Assembly (NCBI RefSeq): GCF_009914755.1
Contig: NC_060933.1
DNA: 64,000 nt
DNA from: the human T2T-CHM13v2.0 reference genome, Homo sapiens
Strand: one strand, 5' to 3'
Made by a program: the position numbers and the translations under genes. The notes under the pieces were generated by a model. The model did no database searches, was not told where the DNA came from, and was given only the letters and a program-made list of their open reading frames with translations. Below, piece after piece: positions 27,195-42,197 of this stretch (position 1 is the first letter of the stretch; each line of letters opens with the position of its first letter).

Positions 27195-29197
27195 TCAACA
27201 CTCTAAAGAAATGAGCTTTCAAGTCATGAAAAGACACAGAGAAAACTGAAATGCATATTATTAAGTGAAAGCAACTAATCTGAAAAGTTTAACACTGTAT
27301 GATTCCTTATATGACTTTCTGGAAAAGGCGACACTATGGAGAGAGCAGAAAGATCAGTGCTTACAAAGGATTAAGGTGAAGGAGGAATAAATAGGCAGAG
27401 AAGATAAAATTTTTAGGGTGGTGAAACTGTTCTGTAAACTTTACTAGGGGATACATGTCAATATACATTTGATCTGACCCAAGGAATGGACAACACCAAG
27501 AATGAATCCTAATGTAAAAACAGAGGACTTAAGGACTTTAGGTGATAGTGATGTGTCAATGTATGATCATGGATTCTAACTAATGTACCACTCTCATGAG
27601 GAATGTTGACAGGTGGGCATGTTGATATGCATGTATATGGACAGGGTAAATTGAGCTCTGTTCTTTCCACTCAACTTTTCTGTGAACCTAAACCTGCTCT
27701 AAGAAATAAATGTATTTTTAGAAAAGGGAGGTACTATTAAAATGTAATGAATAACATTTAAATACTCATATATATTTAATATAATTAATGGCAAATCCAT
27801 TTAATGGTATCTAAGAGAAAATAATTATTAGCATTGCTATAAACTGAAAATCAATTATCATTGAAATAAGCAATTGAGACATGCTTTCCATGTAGTTTTC
27901 TAGTTTTTTTATGCCTACACTTTGAAAAACTAAAAGGTTAAATGATTGAATATATTTTTCTTAAAAAATGGTATATAACTATTCCTCTCACCTTTTTCAG
28001 ATAAAGTAAGTTAAACCAGACTATTGCCTAATATCCAAATAAATTAGATACTGATCTATATGGAAAAGTTTCTTCCTTACTTTACTCCAGAGACGACAAT
28101 GTTCTCACAGTAATGACCAAGTTCTCTTTTCAAGGAAGTAATCTTAGCATATTTGGGAGACCAACATTGTAAGCACGCCAGTTCAAACGAGATGACTTTG
28201 TAGATCACGTTTCTTTGAGTAAATGAAAGTTGTGTAAAATGCAAGTTTCACAAAATTAGGAGATCTGAATGAGATAAAATTATTCTTGATATATTTTAAC
28301 TATTTGATTTTTCCTTTCTTAATACCTAAAAAAATGTTAAGGCAATATATTGTATGGCAATCATTAAAAAATATTCTCAGTGAGCATACTTTAGTTGATG
28401 CTAAAGTATAATGTATTCAGAGTTCTTATTTTCAGAATTAAAATGTTCTTAACAAAAGAAAATTTTATAGAATTGGAGGGTGTGTCATATTGGTGCTTGT
28501 TATAGTGTTTTCTTTAATTTATGTAAATATCTTGCCCTTCTAATCACCTCCTTAATGCAATAAAAGTGTATCTAAATGCATAAAGCTCCAAGACTTCCTC
28601 ACTCATAAATATTTACTCACCTTACTGTACCATATGTGTGGTTAGGAAATATGATGGTCTTCTTAATCACAAAACCTCCTTAAAAAGATAGCACTATCAA
28701 AGTATCTGGCAAAAATGTCTGATTCCAAGGAAGGAACAAACGTTAGGCAAAAATGTAGGCTTAGATTTAATTACACAGCAGAAGGTAACATGCTGGTTTT
28801 AGGTATATGGAGCAGAACTATTCCAGTAGATGTTCACTTTAGTCTGTGATGGCCATTTTTGGTATGAACTCGCTGATTTGTACTTAAAAACCACACAGCA
28901 GCAGCATGGACAATAAAATAAAATGAATCTAATATATCAAAAAATAACATTTCCATAGTCCCTATAAAATCTGGAAAGATTTATCTGGAATATTTCATAG
29001 TAGTTTCTCAGGAGCAAACAGAATCCTTTGCCTATATTTATTGTGAAATGAACAGAAAACATCAACCACATCTATAATAGATAAAAGCTCTAAGGAGTTG
29101 AGTAATTATGTTGAAAACCAGTTCGATCTTGGAATTAATAAAGAGTCTGAGATATCTTCATTATTTTTATAAAATATCATGTGCTGTGCTAAACTTT

Positions 29198-29465
29198 AGG
29201 GTAGTTAAGAAAATAGGAACCAGGGTCACAAAGAAACCTGATTTGAATCCTGGCTTAAGCCTTATAAGCTATAGGCAAGTAATTAATTTGAGTCTCCTTG
29301 GACTTTCTGTTTCTGAGTCTCATTTTTCTAATTTATAAAATAGATATAACAATATCACCTACCTCATAAGGATACAGTGAATATATTGAATATTAATTGA
29401 GATATTCCCGGCAACCTACCTAACAGAGTAACTGGCAAGTAGTGAGTGCTCAATAAATGTTTATT
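29198..29465 (+). mobile_element. MIR
   Basis: TTTGAATCCTGGCT…TCTGAGTCTCATTTTTCTAATTTATAAAAT…CCTACCTCATAAGG…GTGCTCAATAAATGT. Confidence 0.85.
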
Positions 29466-29809
29466 TAAAATGACTTGAGGAATCATGAAACAACAGAAAC
29501 TAAAATAATATTTCCTAACAGTCTCCTCCTTCTCTGAGGCTTCTAGTCTGAGGCAAACTTCAGGCTATTAAGGAATTCGAAATACAGCTTCTGGAGAGAT
29601 TAGATCCACCAGTCTTTCTCCACTTTGAGTCAATTCTATTAAATAAAGAAATTATATTTTCAAACAGCTCCAGCTGGTTGCAGGTATTTCACATTTACAA
29701 CATATGTTCTAACTTATTTTCATCATCTACAATAAAAAACTGGTATGTTTAATCATATATTTCAAATAAGTTATCTGCATTACTGACAACACTAGCATAC
29801 ATATTTTCT

Positions 29810-30070
29810 TTTTAAAAAATTTATCTTTTAAATTGACAAATAATAATTATATATATGTATGTACAATGTGATGTTATGATACATGAATAAATTGTGGAAT
29901 GCTTGCATCAGGCTAACATACCATTACCACAGAAAAATTCATTTCTTTGTGGTGAGAACATTTAAATCTACTCTTTTTGTCATCATGCTACACAATATAT
30001 CATTAGAATTTACTCCTTTTGTCTAATTCAAATGTACCATTTGATTAACATCACCCCTTTCCCCATCCAC
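29810..30070 (-). mobile_element. Short L1MA 3' end
   Basis: AATTGACAAATAATAATT…TTTGTGGTGAGAACATTTAAATCTACTC. Confidence 0.75.
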
Positions 30071-32137
30071 AAGTGTATTGAATCTGTAGAATAATATTAA
30101 ATAATATCAAAAGGGTAGCTATTTTAATGATATTGAGTCTTGTAATCCACTAATGTGATATACTTCCTCATATATTTAGGCTTTTAAAAATCACTTTCAT
30201 TGTATTTTTTAAATTGAAAAGTAAAAGCTATATATATTTATGGTGTATAACGTGACATATTTATATGTTATGGAAGGGCTAAATCAAGCTAAATAAGATA
30301 TGGATTATCTTACAGAATTTTGGTAGATAAACACCAAAAATCTACCATCAGAAATTTTAAGTGTAGAATACCTTCTTATTAACCATAGTCATCACATTAT
30401 ACAATAGAGCTCATAAACTTATTTCTAACTGAAAGTGTGTACCCTTATACAGACTTCTTCCTGACACCACAACCCCTGAGCTCCTGATAACCACTATTCT
30501 GCCCTCTGTTCTTTAAGTTTGTCTTTTTTAGATTCCACATAAAAGTGATATCATGAAGTATTTTTCTTTATGTATCTGGCTTATGTCACTTAACATAGTG
30601 TCATTCAGCATCATTCGTGTTATCACCAATGACAAGATTTTCTTTTATTTTTAAAGACTAGTATTCCATTGTACAAATATACCAGATTTTCCTTGTCCAT
30701 TCACTACCGATTGTTGAATATATAAGTTAATTTTATATCTTGGCTATTGTGAGTAATTCTGCAATAAACATGAGAGTGCAGACATCCCTTTGATATATTT
30801 ATTTTATTTTATTTGAATGTATACATAGCAGTGGGATTACTGGATCATACGGCAGTTCTATTTTTAATTTTTTGAGGAATCTCCATATTGCTTTCCATAA
30901 TGGCTGCATTAATTTACATTCCCACAAAGAAAGCATAAGGATTTCCTTTTCTCCATGTTCTGGCTAATACTTGTTGTCTTTGTCTTTTTAATACTAGCCA
31001 TATTAGCCTATATGATATCTTATTGTGGTTTTTATTTGCATTTCTCCGATGATGAGTGATGTTGAGTACTTTTTCATACACCTGTTGGCCATTTGTATGT
31101 AGTTTTTTTCTGAGAAATATCTATTCACATCCTTTGCTCATTTTTAGTATGGTTATTTGTTTTCTTGTTATTGAGTAGTTTGAGTTTGTTATATATATTG
31201 ACTATTAGCCTCTTAGCAGATATGTGATTTAGAAATATTTTCTCCCAATCTCTAGGTTCTCTCTTCACTCTATGAATTTTTTCTTTGTGGCAACAGGAGA
31301 TTGTAAGTTTGATTTCATTACATTTGCCTATGTTTGCTTTTCTTGCTGGTGCTTTTAGAGTCATATCCAAGAAAGTATTGCCAATACTGGTGCTGTGGAA
31401 TTTACTCTCATGTTTTCTTCTAGTGGTTTTACATTGTCAGGTCTTACACTTACTTCTTTAATCTATTTTGAGTTGATTTTTGTGTAAGGCATAAGATAAG
31501 GGTCCAACCTCATATTTTTGCAGGGGGATATCCAGTTTTGCAAGCAGCACTTATTGAAGAGACTATGTTTTTCCTATTGTGTGTTCTTCGTACCTTTGTA
31601 AAAAATCAACTTAATATAAATGCGTGGATGTGTTTCTGGGCTCTCTATCCCATATTATTGGTTGATGTGTCTATTTTTATGCCAGTGTCATTTGTTTTGA
31701 TTATTACAGCTTTGCATTATATTTTGAAATTAGGTAGTGTGGTGCCTTCAGTTTTGTTCTTTTTATTCAAGATTGCCTTGGCTATTCACGGTCTTTGTGG
31801 TTCCATCTGGATTTCAGAATAGTTTAAGTTTCCTATTTCTATAATAAATGACATTGGAATTTTGATAGAAATTATGCTAAATATGTAGATCACTGTGAGA
31901 ACTAAGGACATTTAAACATTAATTCTTCCACTCCACTAATATGAGAAATCTTTCTCTTTATTTGTGTCATCTAAAATTTCTTTCATCAATGTTTTATAAT
32001 AGTTTTTGGTGTACAGCTCTTTCATTTCTTTGATTAAATTACTCCTAGGTGTTTTATTTTTTGACACGACTATAAATGTTATTATTTTCTTAATTTCTTA
32101 ATTTCTTTTTCAGATACTTTACTGTTAGATATAATAC

Positions 32138-32447
<310 letters not shown>

Positions 32448-32455
32448 AACACTGA

Positions 32456-33545
<1,090 letters not shown>

Positions 33546-35215
33546 TTATGTTGATTTTTGTTTCCTGCAACTTTACTGAGCTTAATCACTGAAGGTGTTT
33601 ATCGGACCAATAGTTTTTTGGTGGAGTCTTTAGGGTTTTTTGCATTTAAGATTACATTGTGAGTAAGAAGAAATACTTTCTTTGTTTGTTTGTTTTTGTC
33701 TATTTTGATGCCTTTTCTTTTTCTTACCTAATTACTCAGGCTAAGACTTCCGGCACTACATTGAATCAAAGTGGTGAGAGTGTGCATTCTTGTCTTTCTC
33801 CTAATCTTAAAATGAACAGGCTTCAACTTTCATTTTGAGTATGATGTTAGCTGCAGGCTTGCCATATGTGTTTTTATTTTGTTGAGAAACGTTTTATCAA
33901 TGCTTAATTTGTTGAGTGTTTTTATTGTAAAAGGAGGATAAATGTTGTCGAAAACTTTTTATGCAGTTATTAAGATGATTATATGTTTTTCGGCCTTTAT
34001 TCTGTTAATATGGTGAATTACATTTATTGATTTGCATATATTGAAACATACCTTTATCCCAGGAATAAATCCCACTTAATTATGATGAATGACCCTTTTA
34101 ATTTACTGTTAAATATGCATTGGTAGTATTTTATTAAGGATTTTTGCAAGTATGTTCATCAAGGATATGGCTTGTAGTTTTTATTTCTTGTAGTGCCTTT
34201 GTCTGGCTTCAGTATCAGGATGATGCTGGCTTCATAAAATGAGTTTGGAAGTAATAATCCCTTTTCTTCTATTTTTTGGAAGAGTTTGAAAGGATTGATG
34301 TTAGCTTTTTCAATGTTTGGAAAATTCAACTCTGAAGCCATCTGGTCCTGGCTTTACAAGGACCAGAGTATATTGATGGGAGACTTCATTTTTAATTTTA
34401 TCTCCTTACTCAGTATTATCTGCTCAGATGTTTTATTTAATTATGATTCAGTCTTAGTATGTTATGTGAGTCTCTAAATTTATCCATTTTCTCAAAGTTA
34501 CTCAATTTTTGGACACATAATCGTTCACAGTATTCTTTTGTAATCCCTTGTACTTTTGTGGTATCAGTAGTAATGTATCTTCCTATATTTCTGATTTTAT
34601 TTATTAGAGTCCTCACTCTCTCTCTCTCTTTTAAGTTAGTCTACTAAAAATTTGTCAATTTTGTGTAAGCTTTTCTAAAAAACAACTCTTAGTTACATTT
34701 CTATTGTTTTTATAGTCTGTTTTATTTATTTCTGTTCTGATTGTTTTTATTTTCTTCCTTCTGCTGACTTTTGGCTTAGTTTTTGTTTTTTTCTAGTTCC
34801 TTGAGATGTAATATTAGGCTGTTTATTTAAGATCTTTCCTTTTTTTATATGTAGATATTTAATGCCATAAAATTCCCTCTTAGAACTACTTTTACTGCAT
34901 CCCATAAGTTTTGGTATGTTGTTTTTCCATTTTTATTGTCTCAAGATATTTTTAAATTTTACTTTAATTTCTTCTTTGATGTAATTATTGTTCAAGAGTA
35001 TATTGTTTAATTTCTACATATTCATAAATTTTCTATGATTTATTCTGTTATTCAGTTCTTGTTTCATACCATTGTGGTTAGGAAAGATATTTGATATTAT
35101 TTCAATCATTTTAATTTTTAAGGCTTATTTTATGTCCTAACATAAAATATATTTTGAAGAATGCCTATTGTATTTGAGAAGAATGTGTATTCTTTTGCTA
35201 TTGGGTGGAATATTC

Positions 35216-35720
35216 CTGGTATTTTACGGTGCCTTTTAAATGTTGTGTTTGCCCGAACTACGTTTCCATTTCTGGTGTCTCCCCAGAAGTTTAGGATGTA
35301 TCAAGTTCTATCAGTACCCTGAGACAGATATGGATGCAGCTGGAAGGGCTGAGGTGTTAACTGAGTGTTCCAGTGTATTTTATCCTCAGGATGAAACTGA
35401 GAGGGAGTTTATCTCCCACTGTCTCTGGACTAAGCTGTGAAAAGAATCTGTGGCAAATGCCAGCACTCTCATTCAGACCGCACCCTGTGATACTGGTGGA
35501 TAGCTGCTGGAAATGGGCCCGTATTATGTCTTTCTTTGTCCTGATATTGGGGAATAAAGCCCCTGGAAGTGCTTGTGCACTCATACAAAACTACTACTAT
35601 GTTCTGTGGTGGAGGAAGAGTTCTGTATGCCTAATCCCTTCTCCTCCCAGACATAAGTGCCATTAGGAGCCAATGCATGGGGAACCATAAACTTAAGGTG
35701 CTGTATGTGAGATCCAAAAT
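35216..35720 (-). mobile_element. Possible old L1M 5' region fragment
   Basis: GC-richer block abutting the L1MA; weak resemblance to antisense L1M 5' ends. Confidence 0.35.
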
Positions 35721-36282
35721 GAACACAGACAAAGTTATTTTATCTGACCCATAAATTAATGGAAAAACCAACAAGAGGATAAAAATCACCTCAGATGGGA
35801 ATCATAATAGCAGACATACATATAGAAAAAAATAAAAAATATTAATAGAAAATAGCTTATTATGAGTAAGATGGTTTGCATCCTCACCTAAAATTTTGAC
35901 TTGCCTTGGTATAGACAATCATTTATATAACCAGCAGTTTTCTACAATTTGAAGAGTTGCTAAATAGCTCAAAGACAATAAAAAATGTGGACTTCTATAA
36001 AATCAGATAAGGAAGGAAAAGGAAGTGTGCACTAGGCAACATTTAGCTCTCTATTTCAAACATTTTCATATTTTTTTCTGAAAGAATTTAGAAGCAGTGT
36101 GACATGAGTAAGTTAAAGAACATTATATTGATTATATTGCATTTTCACACTTATTCACATGCTACACAGAGGAAGAAGTGGGAAAGTGAGATTAACATTG
36201 AGTGCCCACCATGTATAGGCTCTTTGCCAATCTGTTTAAGTATTCTATTTTACTTTAATTTTTTAAACAGCTTTTTGATGGG

Positions 36283-36740
36283 TATTTTGGTAGTTGAATT
36301 GTGTCATCTCCCCTCCCCAAAACAATATATATTGAAGTCCTAACCCCTAATACCTATAAATTTTATCTTATTTGGAAATAGGGTTATTGCAGCTGTAGTT
36401 AAGACATGAGTTATGATGAGGTCATTTGGGAGTAGGGTGGACTCTTATAAAAAATATAATACATAGAGACAGACACACATGGGAGCACCGTGTGATGATG
36501 GAGGCAGCGATGGAAATGCAATGAGTACAGGCCAAGGAACTCTGAATTTTGCCAGGACACCAAAAGCTAAGAGAAGGGCATTAAACTGATTATCCCATAA
36601 CACTTTTAGAAAGAGCGTGGCCCTGCCAACACCTTCATTTTGGACATGTGGCCTCCAGAACTGTGAGAGAGTAAATTTCTGTTGCCTTAAGCCATCCACT
36701 TTGTGCTAATTTGTTAAAGCATCCCTACAAAGTAAATACA
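36283..36740 (+). mobile_element. MLT1C-like MaLR LTR
   Basis: GAAGTCCTAACCCC…TTATTTGGAAATAGGGT…GGCCCTGCCAACACCTT…GGCCTCCAGAACTGTGAGA…AAGCCATCCA. Confidence 0.9.
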
Positions 36741-38641
36741 GTATCTTACACATATTTTATAATTTCGGATAAATGTATCAAAAAGAACGAAGTAATTTTG
36801 GCAAACTGCACAGATTTTACTTGTCAGAGTAGAAAATTGCCTCAGGTATATTCAATCCAGATTTCACTTTTCATTCATGATGCCCTGAAACAGTTTTTGA
36901 TTGAGAGAAGTTTTAGGTGGTATCAGTATTTTAGTTTTCATTAAATAATAATATTTTTTATTTGTAAATCTTTTCCAAACAGCTAATTATATTTCGTTAT
37001 AAAAAACCACATTACTAGTTTTTCCTTTCTTTTATTGTATAACATAAGAAAATCCCCACTTAAATTGGGCTATATTTTGTTTTCGATATAATTTTGAATA
37101 ATTAGAAAACATCCAAAATGAAAAAAAAAAATTAAGTCCAGGAATTATGATTGGGCCTAACTCATATTTATTTACTTTTGCTTCTTTTTATAATGTGATA
37201 ACAATTTATCTGATAAGCCAAAATAATTATACATTACTACTGAGAAAATTAGACATAAATGTAGTTATAAAGTTTAAATGATTTTTAGTATTTTAGGGAT
37301 TTGCTACGGTAAGACGTTTTCAATGTCACATCTGTGAGCTTTGGTTTTATAGTTCAAATAGGTAACTGAACAGAAATATAAATTTTTGTTTCAGGCTTGT
37401 GAAAACTAGCCATAAAAATGATCACAAATGAAACAGTAAAATATTAAAACCATACATAGTTTCACCAACCAGACATATTTTGGCATATTTGGCATATTTT
37501 GGAACATAAAGTTTTGCTATATTTTCTAATATGCTTGAAATCACTACACATATACATATACACAAACTTTTTCTTTTCAAGACATCATACAATTTAAATT
37601 CTATGATTAGAAAATACGTACATTTTTTTGAAAGCACAATATTTCAGTTTGGTGTTTATATGATTTAACGGGAGAGTACATTTTATTTTAAGTATAGATC
37701 TTATAATAATCTGTACTATATATCTATATCACAGCATATTTATTTCTTAGGAGTTATAATATTTTAAAAGTTTTCTAAGAGTCATGAAAATAAAAGTTAT
37801 TTAAATATATTCATTTTTAAAAATTTTCTTAATGACAATATTAAAAATGCTATATTTATGTTTTTACTACTTTAGTGTTAGGTGCTATCTCAGTAGTTAT
37901 ACAGTAATAATAAAGCCACAGCTTTGTTAAGAATGCCAAAGCCATAAGTAAAGAGTAATGTTTATTTTTCACTTAAACTGTTACTGATTTTATTCTTATA
38001 GGTGCTAATAACTGAGTCTATATGAGTCAAGTGTTTTTTGTTCACTAATTTCTTATCTGTCACAGTGTATTATTTTGGGATCTATCTAGTCTCTATTACT
38101 GCCATGCAAACAATACAGAATTACAAGTTAATTTTAAAAACTATCAGAGAGAAGCTCAAACATAAACATTTCCCCTTGATCTTAAAGCCCATTAGATATT
38201 CCTACCCATAAAATCAGGCAAGAAAATGCTGATGTTTCAGCACAATACAACATACTCCTATATACTAATCTCATTGAAAGAATGTAAAATGTATCTGGCT
38301 GAAAATGAATTCAGAGAACTACAAAAATCTTTATTAATAGAACATCAGAAAATAAACACACTAGTTTTTTTTCAGTTATATTACTGATTGTTGACTCAGA
38401 AAAGAGTTAGATAAGGGGAGAACAAAATGTCTTTCTTCTTTCAACCCATTAATTTGCTATGAATATCAAAGGAAGAACATACACATGTATAGGAGCCCAC
38501 AACATTTTCTAAAGTAATAAAGTTATTCCCTTTGTCCCTGTGAATTTTTTTTCTCCTGCTTTCAATAAATTTGTAATAGCAAAATAAATCAAGACAAGTG
38601 CACCTATACATGATGACAATATAACTTTAGGGCAAAATATT

Positions 38642-40968
38642 GTTTTAATCATTTAGGTTGAGAAGCACATGTGGAAGTTTGTTATATAGGTAAATTGCAT
38701 GTCATGGGGGTTTGGTGTACAGATTACTTAGTCACCCAGGTAATAAGCATAGTACCTGACAGGTAGTTTTTTGATCCTCTGCCTCCTCCCACTCTTCTCC
38801 TTCAAGTAGACCCAGGTGTTTTTTGTTCCCTCCTTTGTGTTCACATGCACTCAATGTTTAGCTACCACTTATAAGTGAGAACATGTGGTATTTGGTTTTA
38901 TTTATTTTATGTATTTATTTAGTTTGAGACAGATTCTTGCTCTGTCGCCCAGGCTGGAGTGCAGTGGCGCAATCTCGGCTCACTGCAACCTCCTCCTCCT
39001 GGGTTCAAGCGATTCTACTGCCTTAGCCTCCTGAGTAGCTGGAACTACAGGCACCCGCCCCAAGCCCGGCTAACTTTTGTATTTTTAGTAGAGATAGGGT
39101 TTCACCATATTGGGCAGGCTGGTCTCGAACTCCTGACCTTTTGATCCATCCGCTTTGGCCTCCCAAAGTGCTGGGATTACGAGCATGAGCCACTGCGCTC
39201 AGCCAGTATTTGGTTTTATGTTCCTGCACTAGTTTGCTTAGAATTGTGCCCTTCAGTTCCATCCATGTTGCTGCAAATAACATGATATTATACTTTTTTG
39301 TGGCTGCATAATATTCAATAGTGTATACACACCATGTTTTTTTTTCTATCCAGTCTATCATTGATGGGCATTTAGATTGAGTTCATGACTTTAGTTTTGT
39401 GAGTAGTGCTGCGATGAACATAGGCATGCGTCTGTGTTTATGGTGGAATGATTTGTATTCCTTTGGGTGTATACCGAGTAATGGCATTGGTGGATTAAAT
39501 GGTACTTCTGTTTTTAGTTATTATGAATATCTGGTTGTATAGTTGCTTTACAGCATCAATGATCTATGTACTTAAGTGTATTTTTCTGGTGGCCAGTAAC
39601 AGTCTTTCCTTTCCATATTTAGCATTCCCTTGAGGACCTCTTGTAAGGCAGGTCTGGTGGTAATGAATTCCCTTAGGATTTGCTTCTCTGAAAAGTATCT
39701 TATTTTTCTTTTGCTTATTAAGCTTAGTTTGGCTGGATATTAAATTCTTGGTTGGAATTTTTTTTTAAGAATGCTGAATAGAGGCCCCCAATCTCTTCTG
39801 TCTTACAGTGTTTCTGCTGAAAAAGGTCTGCTGTTAACCTGATGGGTTTCCCTTTGTAGGTGACCTTTCCCTTCTATCTAGCTACATTTAATATTTTTTC
39901 TTTCATTTTGGACTTGGAGAAACTCATGACTATGTGTCTTGGGGAAGGTCACCTTACATAGTGTCTTGCAGGTTTTCTCTGCATTTCCTGGATTTGAATG
40001 TTGGCCTCTCTAGTGAGGTTGGGGAAATTTTCATGAATGAAATCTTCAAATACGTTTTCCAAGTTGCTTGTTTTATCTCCTCTTTCAGGGACGCCAATGT
40101 GTCATAGATTTGGTTTGTTTGCATAGTCCCATGTTTCTCAAAGGTTTTGTTCATTCTTCTTTATTGGTTTTTCTTTGTTTTTATCTGGCTGTGTTATGTT
40201 GGGGAACTGGTCTTTAAGCTCTGAAATTATTTGTTCAGCATGGTCAATTCTGCTGTTAAAACTTGCGACTGTATTATGATATTCTTGAAGTGAGTTTTTC
40301 ACCATGATCAGTTCATCAGTTCAGTTTGGTTCTTTCTTAAAATGGCCATTTCGTCCTTTGTCTCTTGTATCTTTTTTTTTTTTTTTGTATTTTTTAGATT
40401 CCTTCAATTGGTTTTCAACTTCCTCTTGAATGTTGATAATTATATTCCTATTCATCATAGGATTTCATTACTATCCAATCAGTACCTATTCTGAATTCTA
40501 TGTCTGACACTTCAGCTATTTCAGCCTGGTTAAGAACCATTGCTGGTGAACTAGTGTGATCATTTGGAGATAAGAAGACATTTTGGCTTTCTGAGTTGCT
40601 AGAGTTCTTATACTGGTATTTTCTCATCTATGTGGGCTGATATTCCTTCAGTCTTAGAAGTTGCTGTCTTTCCGATTTCCTTGAGGGTTTGATTGTGGTG
40701 TAAGGTGGGTTTAGTAGACTGGTTTCTATTAATATTCCACCCTTAGGACTTGGAAGCACCCCTGTCGATTACTGTCTCTGTGCCCACATATCTTTTATTG
40801 GGTATTCTGCTCCATGAGGTTCCCTTTGGCAAGGACCACAGTTGACAAACAGGGCTTATCCTTGCTGGTTCAGCCCTAATTTCCTCTCTGAGTGTTTCTT
40901 GGGGGAACACAGGGTTGCACCTGACTGCAGATGTCAGGCAGAAGTGGGACCATTAGGCTGGAAGCTCT
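38642..40968 (-). mobile_element. L1PA15/16-like element with a large internal deletion
   Basis: 3' UTR and end of ORF2 at 38642-39520 join directly to ORF1/5' sequence at 39520-40968. Confidence 0.8.
38900..39204 (-). mobile_element. AluS
   Basis: Antisense Alu; TSD GTATTTGGTTTTAT on both sides. Confidence 0.96.
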
Positions 40969-40969
40969 A

Positions 40970-41025
40970 TTAGGGATTACATTTCAACATGAGATTTGGG
41001 CACGATATAGATCCGAACCATACCA
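40970..41025 (-). mobile_element. MST-type LTR terminal fragment
   Basis: GGGATTACATTTCAACATGAGATTTGGG…ATCCGAACCATACCA. Confidence 0.75.
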
Positions 41026-41835
41026 TATGGAATAAAAATAGCTCTGATATTCAATACATTCCTATAATGAAACCAAAATATTAGAAGAGGGCTGTGATCA
41101 AAAACTATGTGTTAGAAGTTTTTATTAGTTAAGCTCAAAGAATGTTTACAAATCTGCAAATTTTATCTAAAAGCTTGTTTTCCAAATTCCTTTGTAAGTT
41201 ATCTTTTATATTCCAAAAAGAAAAAAAATAAATAAGACAAGAAAATTATGGGAACAAAAGTAGTTTTTTTATGTTTTGATTTTCATGAAGACAGTAGACA
41301 AAATACAATTACTTACACATTAATTGAAATGACTCATTAGAAAGAAAAACAATGATATAAAAAATAAAATTGCTAGCGTAAGTGCAAGACAGTAGATTTG
41401 TTCTCATGAACAGCGGTGGGGAATTAATTTTATATTAATAGTTTCGCTGTCATAACATATGAGGAAACAGAGTGTGGATTCACTTATACATATATGTAAG
41501 ACATAGAGAAAGAAAATAACACGGAGGAATATAAACTGTAGAAGCTAATTCTTTGTATAGATTTTTAATTTTTACTAACTGACATTAATAATTAGAAATA
41601 TCTGTGGAGTACTGTGATGTTTTAATACATGTGTACAATGGGTAATAATCAAATCAGGGTGATTAGCGACACTACCACTGCAAAAAATTTTCATTTTCTT
41701 GTATTGGAAACGTTCCAAATTCTTTCTTCCAGTTATTTGAAAATATGCAGTAAATTATTAACTATGATCATGCTACAGTGCTATAGAACGTTAGAAATTA
41801 TTCCTTCTATTTAGCTGCAGTTTTGTATCAGTTAA

Positions 41836-42197
<362 letters not shown>

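Noticed and set aside
28900-29850. Impression of a terminal exon of a duplicated lncRNA or pseudogene transcript (several AATAAA)
   Set aside because: Rests on unverifiable recall. AATAAA is common in AT-rich DNA and one copy belongs to the MIR; needs a BLAST against transcripts.
37474-37502. CATATTT(T)GG x3, and a similar short duplication at ~10019-10060
   Set aside because: Ordinary slippage micro-repeats; no spacer structure or other sign of function.
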